64,000 nucleotides of DNA from Sphagnum compactum. Lineage: Eukaryota. The stretch lies in the NCBI GenBank assembly GCA_965153455.1, contig OZ234493.1, forward strand, positions 12,576,213 to 12,640,212. The letters run 5' to 3'. The notes beneath the pieces were generated by a model. The model was not told where the DNA came from. It ran no database searches and saw nothing but the letters and a program-made list of their open reading frames with translations. Below, piece by piece: positions 53,601 to 64,000 of this stretch. A program made the position numbers and the translations under genes. Numbering within the stretch: position 1 is the stretch's first letter; each line of letters starts with the position of its first letter.

Positions 53601-56600
53601 TTCTAGGTGCACCAAACCCCTGACCATCATGGGAAGAAAAATGAGACTTTTTGATTATAAATACTTTCATCATTAATTCCCCCATACTCCTCCTCCTCTT
53701 CCCAAGGAGATGTGTTTTGTTTGTTGTTTGTATGATTGTTTTGCATTCAAAATAGTTTACTTGAAGAGGATGATTAGGTTTAACTTTTTGCGGTTTTCAG
53801 TCATTTTGTTTATCGAAGATTACTAATTCGATGCAATGATGGTCTAAAAGGCACATGCATTCCTAATTCCTCCCCGATGTAGACACTTGGTCTTTTTTTG
53901 GTCTTCTTTTTTTAGTGGCATAATCCTACACAATTTTCACATAGTTTCAATTTCAAAATAATCTACTACTTAAACTATTCTATCTTGAATTTTCTTACAA
54001 ATTCAATTTGTGCATCTATGGGATTTTCATATATGACTTGTAATATTACTTGCATGGATGATTTGTTAATAAGGAATGTCCTTCAACACCAAGTGTGGGT
54101 GGAAAACACTACACAATATAATGACTATCCATATATCCTATTGCAAGACAAGGAAAACAATGAGTGAAAATACAGGGGATAGTGTTTTTTGATCGTGCTG
54201 CATCAAATAGTAGAAAGATTGTTTGATTCAAGTTGTTTCAATTTTTTCTCTATATCATCTATTGGGGCCTACACAATGCAACAAAAATAGATTATTGCCA
54301 AACTACAATAGGCACGAGGTTGGGCCATATATGTTGTCTATTAATCCCATGTTCAAATTATAGTTACATGCCAATTCTTATTTTGTGGGAGGATTATTAA
54401 ACTACCTTGAAGATGTTTCAGAGAAACCAAATGCAATTGAATTCCTAAAGTTCCTTGGACATGTTCAAAGTGCAAACATGTCCCATGTTAAGACGTATGT
54501 ATGTTTGGTCAAAAAGATCCCTTGTAGTTCGTTTCTCTCTATGAAAATTTTGGGCTCTTACTTGCATGATATCACAACAGAATTGATGAATTTAAATGCA
54601 CAATAAAATAAAATCCCAAAACTCATAAGATTACCCGTTATAGGACTATTTGGAAGATTGGTTTCTCTGAAGCCATGGTTACAAGAAGTGTTGAATATTG
54701 TGGACAAGAAGTTGGTTTTATTATGCATGTGGATTCATGTCAAATTGCAATGCAAAATATAATATCTTTCCATGATGGAGAGCCTAAAAAGTGCGAATAC
54801 CATTCAAGGACCGTTGTTGTTAATTTTACATTTGACAAACATGTCACATCAGTGCAGAATAAATCATGTTAAACCAAAATGAAATGTACAAGGCATGAGT
54901 TATGAAAGGTCTAAATTGACAATAGATACCTACATAAAACAAAGCTCTAAAGAAATAACAATGATTCTATGGTTAACAGTATGCACATTTCATTTTGTTT
55001 CATTCAACTTTTCACCAAATTAAATGAGTTATAGGTCTACCATTCTATAGGAATTGTTCACATCATCTTGTCAACAATATCAAACACATGGTAGAATACC
55101 CACCAACAAGAAAATTAAATTGAAATTCATCTTGCAAAAGTTTTTTCCTCTTGTTCCTCCATAATATAATCCAACAAGCATCTCCATTTGTATATCATTT
55201 ACCCAAAAACTAACCCCAAGGACCGCTACAACATTAATATTAAACTTCAAAGCTCGTGAAATGGGGCATGTCTTGACGTTTCCCTATAGATGCAATACAT
55301 TGCAAATTGTTTTCAAAAAAAATGTAATGTCCTCATCTCCTCCTCCTCCTCCTTACCAATGTAGGAAGATGAATGCACAACAACCAAAGACATGTTGGAG
55401 AGAAAAAAATCAAATAATGTGTATTTTCATACACAATTCAATCAACAATATGTCTTTTTTTATATGAAAAAATTAGGGCGCACAAATATACATGGCTTGA
55501 AGCCATAAACTCTAGATAAATCCAAAGAATTCTTAATTCCATATGGTTATTGTCAAATGGGAGTTAATTAAATAATTTGTTAAAGGGTGATTATGATTGT
55601 TAAAAGGCCAAAAGAACACCTTCATATAAAAAACAACATAAAAGGTGTTTAATTTACATGATTGGCACACACATTCTTTGTTTTGGGCTTATGATCTTTA
55701 CAGGTTAGATTCAAGAGTAATATATGGTGTGCAACCACTAGGAATGCAACTACATGATTATTTTATAATTCACTATAAAAAATGGGGAAGCTCTTAATTA
55801 AAAGAATAAAACTATTGGAAACAAACTAAGATCATGAAGTGGTTTTTGTTGGAAAACAAATGTTGGAAAATGAATATTTCATAGTACTTATTTGCCATGT
55901 GTAAGCATAGAAACAATTGGAGCTAGGTTTGGGAAATCAAGTTCAATTGGGGTCAAAGGTTGCCCACCAATAAGAACAAAGTGATGATTGAATAAATAAA
56001 CCATGTACATGAAGAATTGTTCATGATGCCTAATCATTTTCACATATTACTTATTGTTAGCTATATCAAATAATTGTGGGGTTTTTCCCAACATTCAATT
56101 TTTTGGGCAAAAAACCACTTAAATTGGCCATCACGAAAATATTTTTTGGAAGATTGGACATTTCCAAAATAAAACCATAGTAAAACTCCTTTTTCTTACA
56201 TTTAAAGGTTATGACAATTCAATTTTTGGCAAAGTTTATGGGATAAAATGTAGTGATGTTGAATGCATGTTCCATCACTAAATAGAAAGAAGAAGAAAAA
56301 AAAGATGAAGGTTGTGTCACCAACTTTTGGTTTAGTCCCAAAATAGAATTAGAATTCTTTCATAATTTAAACTCAATGAAATACCATTGGTATAATGAAC
56401 TAGCATTTAGGTGGCTACCAATTCAGTGGTTCCACCCTTTTCCTTACCCCAAAACAAAATTCACAAAAATAACCTTCCCATTTAGTTCTATTATTCAAAA
56501 AATCAACATACACGACAAATATATAAATGTCTAATTAAAACCAATTCACAATTCAATCAAATAGGTAACAAAATTTGACAAATTACCTTGCATGTATTGA

Positions 56601-57818
56601 ATATTTGTTATAATAAACCACAAAATTCCATATTGTTTAGTTAAGATCATTAGGTTCAAATGTGTATGAAAGTTCTTCCATGATAAACACAATTGAATTT
56701 TTTGTATGCATCACAGAAAAAAAAATAAAAATCAAACTTGACCATATTGTTACAAAACAAATAAATGCACCAAACCTTCCCTTCACATTTACTTGTGGTT
56801 AGGAAAACATGTTAAATTATGAGTGAAATTTGAAATTCTATTATATCTTTTAATCTTTCTAGACATTTTGACAATAATTATTCAACAAAGTTTTTTAAAC
56901 TTTTAACAAGGAACCTAGTAGGTTGTTCCTTCACAAGTTGGAAGCATTTCCATGCAAAAATAAATAAAATCAATGGAAACATTGATTCAAATTAGTAAGA
57001 GTTGGAAATTACATGGATACACCACCATTTGAAGACTTGCCTTGAGAATGGGGAGACTCAAAGTTTTATTACAAGATTTGAATGTTGTTTATGCATTCAA
57101 TTTGATTTTTTACGTGGATTCTAGGATTATATTGTCATTGTATTTGACATTTGATGTTTTGATGTTTGTGATTAACTTATGGGATAATGTCATCAACTCC
57201 ACAATTGAAGGAAGAAAAAGAAATTGGGAGTAAAACTTATGTTGCCCAAATGGCGAAGGTTAGAACTATACATAAAAAAAACCTTCTACAAACATTCACT
57301 CATCAAACTCATATAAGTTTTTAGAATAGGGAGCAATATGGTATCACATTGAACAATTATTATTGGAATTATTTCACTTTTTTGTAAAGGGAACTCACCA
57401 TGCACATAAAAATATATCACATAACTAGAATGCAAGTAAATTTTCTATTTAATAGATAGCAAAAAAAAAGTGTGACCGAAAGTGAGGATGGGTTTTGGTT
57501 TTACCCCAACCCTTCATACATTCCACATACCTACAATATATAAATTACAACTCCTGATTAACGAGAATGTTGGTTTTTCACAATAGTTAAAAGATTTATT
57601 AATTATTCTTAAAAGGATAGAAAAGAGGCAAGCAAAAAGAAAATGTCAATAAATATAAAACTAAAAAAAGAATTAAATTCAATAATGATATTAACTATGT
57701 ACATGTGTAATCAATTTCATAATGAAATTACCTAATTATGTAATAAGGTTATAATGCACAAAATTGAAAAATTATGTGTGTTTATATATTTTTGCAATAA
57801 CAATTTATATCATCACAT

Positions 57819-57885
57819 GAGGTGTGGTAAAATGGTAAAGGCCTTGGGTTGTGGCTAACAAGGTGCAGGCTCAAATCTCACTTTG
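57819..57885 (+). pseudogene. Degenerate tRNA-like sequence (His-GTG-like loop), possible tRNA-derived SINE head
   Basis: A-box-like TGGTAAAATGG, loop TTGTGGC and B-box-like GGCTCAAATCT at tRNA-like spacing; stems pair poorly. Confidence 0.3.
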
Positions 57886-60800
57886 AAGTTTGGGCATGTC
57901 ATGATCATGACATTGTCATGATGATTTGTTGTGGGTTTGGTGAACTATTAGTAGTTAGCCTTAAAATATATATATATATATATATATATTGGGCATTGGA
58001 ATCATGGGTTTAACACAACTATGTTTGGACTTATGCATATTTCAATCCAAAAATATGAAAATTATTATTCTTATTACTAAAACATTTATACAATAGTTTA
58101 TTATTATTTTTTTAAAAAATTCAAGGTGGTATTATCATGTCTACCATGAAAAACCACTAGTTGATTGAAAACTAATGGTTTCAATCATTTTAGTCATTTC
58201 AAATTTTTTTTTGAATCATTTCAATCAAGTAGACTTAATCACAAAATTTTCATAAACAACTAATCTAATATAACTAAAGACATCTATGTCCACTATTCAT
58301 TGTGATTGAAACTTCATTCATAAAAACCTAGCAATAAAACCATTTTATTTAATAAGATGTCAACATGGTTTTCACAAATCACAAGAATCATTCACCTCTG
58401 AGTTAGAGGTTCACGGTCAACATTGCTAAAGAAAAAAAAACATTCATTACACACGTTACAATACATGTTAATTAAATAGATGTTGATCAAATTGCTACAT
58501 GAAAAAATTCATGGACCATTGCAAAGTATTATTTTAAATCCCACAAAAAGTTGTAAGTTGTTTGAATATCATTCTAGTTAATCTATTATTAATTTTCCCC
58601 CATTCTAACATTTCATTATTTAATTTTGTGAAAAAATATGATTTAAAACATTTTGATGCACCCATTAAATAATTATGAATTAAAATTTGAAGTTTTTTTC
58701 CTTATGAAAATATTATTTAACAATTGAAACAATTTTAATTTTTTTATAACCAAAATTAGAAGTTCTTCCTAAAAATAAACAATAGTCTATACAATATATA
58801 ACAAAGAAATAAGGTTATTGTTTAGTTTTCAACCAATTTCAAACCCCATATATCAAATATGAACAATCATTTGGACCCATGTTCATAATTTTCCATCTTT
58901 TCAATAACTGACAACAACTGGTATGAATGTTGTATTTCTGTACCCCATCCCCTTGTTTCTTTTCTTGATCATATGTTTTGAGATGTTGCTCCATATTCCC
59001 AACCTTGTATTAGAACATTAGAACAACAATTATGACATATATCATACAAGCTCTGATTCATAGTTCATTATTATTGCACTCCACCTCTAAAAATGCAAAA
59101 ACCAATCATTTATGAAAACTCATTTATACTAGTCGTAAATACTTGACATGCTCCAATATTGTTATAGCACAAAATATTAATCAAGATAATCAAAATACAC
59201 ACCTCCTTGTTTACATCATTAATACATTTTTTGTTATGGCTTCTTGGTTGAAAATAAATCAAGCCTACATACGTTGGTAGCATGATAATGCTATTAAACC
59301 TTAACCATAAAGCTTTTGTTGCAAAATATTTTAACATGGTGTGTGTAGTATTAAGGATTATAGGGAAGAGGAGAGGAGACCCATAATTACCATCAACACA
59401 CTAAGCTAACTTGAATAGTCCCTTGCATCAAACAAAGGATTGAAAAGAATTTACCCTATTATCGCCTCCAAGTGATATATTAAACCTCAATGCTATTAGA
59501 CATACACATTGACTTCCCAATACACATGAATGCCATCTCTACAAACTTTTAGCAAGGTGTGTATGCTAATGCATAGGATGCAAAGAACCAAATTCAAGGA
59601 GGGATAAAACCATGTCACAAGCTCCTTAAGATTCATTTTAAAAATCAATAACCATTGTGAACATATACTATTTCACAAGCCTTATCAGCAAGAATCAAAC
59701 TTGAACTAAAAGAAAAGAAAAGTTCCTTATGCATGTGGCCATGGATGAATATTTGTCCTAACATTCCACCATAATTCAAAAATTAAATATACACAATTTA
59801 ACATTGTCATTAGTTTAAACATATGTCATAGGCATCTTCTCCAACAAGAAATAAAATTATACAGAATCATTAAGGATTCTTATGTAGTTCTTATGTTCAT
59901 TTTTGAAATTTGTTACATCTTAAAACTTTTTGATATAATAAATGTTTTAAAACATCAAAACATGTTCAAATTTTGATTAAGATGTGCCATTAAAACCCAT
60001 TATATGCATAATGTAATAAAATTAAAAAATAATAAATAAAATCATAAAATAAAATATTGTACCACACAAGTACAAATCATTCCTAAAATCAAGGTTGTTT
60101 AAAGAAAATGATAGCGTAACATTCCTTATGGTACCGCCCAATCATACTTTCATTTGGAATGTTGACTTTCATGAATCAAGATTATAGATTTCAAACCTCA
60201 AGTTGCACCAATGATGTTTGTAAGGCTTTGGACAAGATTTGATCTTCATGACATTGATTTCCACTAGCATATCTTGGATTATTTTCTCATCACTATAAGC
60301 TTTCCCATCATGTCATCAAGCTCCTTGTCAAGCTTCTTTGTATTTGCAACAAGTTTCTTGTGAAGACAACTTGTACATGATTCAAATTGTTATTTCATGT
60401 GACCATAAGGGTGTGTTGTGAAGCAATGATTGCTCCCCAACAAACACATGTTTGACGTCCAAATAATTTTTTTGATTTTTGATTCTAAAAATTAGAATTC
60501 AACCTTAAATACGTTTTCTCTCTTTTGAAAAATGAAATAGTAAAATATCTAGATGCTAAACACTTCCACAATGGTCATGTATTTGATTTTCTCCGTGAAC
60601 ATCAAAGTCTTCATAATAAAACAAGCAAAAACAAATTGCTTAAAAAATGCCCTAGAAGCCATCATCAAGTTGTTATTCAACCATTACATTGTGTATTTTT
60701 TTATCTACAGTTGTATCAAACTTTCTACATGTGGGTGTCAATTTTCTTTAGGTGCGAAAAATATCCATGACATGCAATGAGGATATTTCCAATAGCAAAC

Positions 60801-63800
60801 AATAGTTCATGTTCTAGTGATCACAAAATTTAAAAATAGAATCATCATAATTTAATAAAATTTAAAGATTAATTTACATTTTCAAAATGAAGATAACTAT
60901 CATAAATTTAAATTTTATAACTTCCCTTTCAAACCGAAGTTGAATAAGTATAAAATATTAATGAAAATATTAAAAATTTAAACACTATAACCTTTCACAT
61001 TAAAACATGGTCATAAATACAAATCAAAATGATCATATATGTTTTTTAAAGAATGAAAATAATTTTGGATTAATCTAATTTTATTTTCTTTTGTCATGGG
61101 GTTCTAATGTATGTTTCATTTGTGCAACTTGTCCATCACATTCAAATAGAACCTCATTTTTTCAACCAAAAAATGACTCATAAAAAAATCATTGTTTTAA
61201 TTGACACATAATCCCCTTTAGGAGCCTTGCTTCTTGAATATAAGTAAATTGTGTGAAAGGTTTCATTAGTTTCCAATGATCCCAAAAGATTAGATTAATA
61301 AATCATTTGTGAAAAACTTTAACCATTGTTCATTCCATCCTATCATCATTAAATGTGAGTTGTTTAAACGACTTTTTTATTTGGGCCTAAGGGAATGTCA
61401 TCCTTCCAAAGTTGAATTCACTCAACATCAAGTCCTTAAAGAAGCCACTCCAATTGCAATAACCTTATTCCCCAAAATTGTAGGAAAAAAACAAATTTTC
61501 ACAAACATGTTGCATATAATGTCCACTTCTTTAAATCACCATTAGTGGATGAAATTCATGAGCATCAATCCTCAAATACTAAAATGGATAAAAAATTCTA
61601 ACCCATAACACCTTCACCTAGCCTTCACAACTTTCAGCAAATCAACAATCGTATAAAATTTAAACTATCATGAATTTCAAGGTTAAAACAAACATAACAA
61701 GGTGATTTGATGTTTCTTATCATGTTTAGTTTGTTTGCCTTAATGCATAATTAAAAAGAACTTCGACTAAAATAAAAAATTATGTGATTTAAAGAAAAAT
61801 TAGTTAGTTCTATCAAATATTTAAATGGACATGGAAAAAAACCCTCTTTACATTCTTTGGTCACATGTACTAAAGTTTCAACGATACAAAATTATTAAAA
61901 TAATATTTATTTTTCTTTTTATGAGTTCAATTTTATTTCTAGTGAAAAGTAATAACATTATGATCACACAAAATATCATAATTTTATTGTAATGTCATTT
62001 TATGGTAAACCACAATTCAAGACTAAAGCTCAAAATGAAAGTCACTCTTTCTCTCATAGAGGCAAGGAGGGAGAGTATGCAAATCCTTGGTAATTTATTT
62101 TTTCATATGCTCTTCAATTTAATTTTGATTTTTTTTCCCAACTTATTTTTGAAAAAGTAGTTTGATTTGGTAGCTTCCATACTTTACATGTCCTAAAATG
62201 TTCAAACTTTGGCCAATGAATGAGGCTTATCACAAAAGAAAAAACTTTGAACATCTAATGTGCCCACACCTAAGCGATATAAACAACAAATAGTTCACAA
62301 TATATTAATATGTAACATATGCATACATCAATTTCAATTTATTCAACATGTATATAATAAGTTGAAACACAAAGAATCTACATCAAATTCTATGTTTCAC
62401 AATAGAGAAACGGTGCATGACATTGCAGTTCAATAAAAATTGCACATTGTCAATCTAATTGCACATTAGATTAGAAATCATCCAATGGCACAAAATAAAA
62501 TAATTACTCTTCATGTAAAATAATGTAACCACATAATTGTTTGGATAACACTACAAAACATGACAAAAAACACAGGGTGCATAATATGTGATGTGTATGA
62601 ATTTTGGTCTGAATCTTGAAAAAATGGTAATTAGATATTGAGTAGAGATTTGCCTAGAAGTTAGAAAGGAAAGTAATTTTTTTTTACAAATTGTGTTATA
62701 TGTATAAACATGTTGAAAAAACATTATCATAATGTGGTGACAATGTGTTTTTTTTTTCCCAAAAAATGCCTTCATATCTCTTGCAAGGGTTTTTTTTTGT
62801 TGTTGTCAAGATTTGAAGTTTTGCCAAAATAAAAAACATTAAAGTCCATGGGGAATGAAGATTTTCTTTTGGGCAATATTTTTTACCTATTAAAATATAT
62901 GTTAATATAATATTAGGTGGTTATATGATGCCATATGGGTAGTAGGACATGTATTTCAAAATTGATCTTCACACATAATAGATGCATATTATGAAAAAAT
63001 AACTTAAAAAATTGAAACCAAGGGTTTTGCTCAAATAAGAAAATTGATAATAGATGAATCTCAAAAGAATTCAAAATATGGTTATTTTATATTGTGTGTG
63101 GGATAAGAAATACAATTGTGCAAAAGCCCTACCCTACTAATTATGAAGAAAAGGAAGAATCAACCAACATTGGTGTGTCCACCCCATTTAGTTTTTCAAT
63201 CCTAAAAAAAGTTACTTCATTTATTTAAATGCAAAATGTGTTTGGGCAATCATGCTAAGAACAAAAGTTGCCCCTTTTTGCAATTCATTCAATTTTCAAT
63301 ACATAAACACACTAGTGCAATTTTTTTAAAAAATTCTTAATTTGTTTTGTTGAACAAAAGAAATTGAAAAAAAATAATTAATTTTATTTTAATCACAAGG
63401 CACATCTTGTTTATGCATTTAATCACATGACTAAAAAGGTTTTTCAAATTGAGCACACCTAATTTTTCAATTTGAATGTGCATTAATTCAAACCATTGTT
63501 TAGACTTCTTTTCCCTCTCTCTCAATCTCTTGCAAATGCAATTATATTTTGTTGGTTTCAATAAATATTGAATGGTATTTGAAGGACATTGTAAATTCAA
63601 TAATTTAAATTGTGGTGTTCGATTTTTTCATTGCATTGTTTCATTTAAAAATGGGGCTAATTTCCCTTTGTTAATACTTTTCTAGACATTAGAAATTGAA
63701 ATAACATGCAAGCCTATTAGTGTCAATTCATTACAAAAATATGGAATGCATAATACCCATTAGAATGCGTGTTATGCATGCTTATCATGAATATAAAAAC

Positions 63801-64000
63801 ACAAAAATCATACCTAAAATGAAGCTAACACACATAGAAAGAAAATAAAAACCATGTGCTGCCTTGTAAGGCTACTAGTTGAATGCAAAAAGAAAGTTGG
63901 AAAAAATATTTAAATTATTTTTATGCAAAGAAGGCCCCTTGTATGGGCTATTCCTTATTTTTTGGGCTCAAGCCTTGAGCTATTATTTTTGGCTAAAAGG

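Overview
Eukaryotic land-plant genomic DNA. The gene content, intron style and repeat motifs suggest a moss such as Sphagnum, but that is inference only. Gene islands alternate with long AT-rich, CG/CHG-depleted stretches of decayed transposons. Well-supported genes are the 3' part of a NIMA-related kinase (NEK5/6-like, +, 127-3334), a TIFY8-like Jas-less TIFY protein (+, 33112-~35850) with several uORFs, a tRNA-Pro(UGG) (-, 40713-40784), and a membrane-anchored UDP-glucuronate decarboxylase/UDP-xylose synthase (-, 45511-42470) whose first intron is a U12 AT-AC intron. An uncharacterised coiled-coil gene or pseudogene converges on the NEK. The richest non-genic structure is a nested transposon stack at ~12.9-20.4 kb. 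A Ty3/gypsy gag-protease remnant is split by a 5.9-kb non-autonomous CACTA element, which itself contains a 2.5-kb CACTA, and a separate young 154-bp CACTA MITE sits nearby; all three have 3-bp TSDs. There are also three decayed hAT-type transposase remnants and a ~160-bp inverted repeat pair upstream of the TIFY gene. I found no convincing evidence of a wholly new biological system, and 51-64 kb remains largely unresolved.
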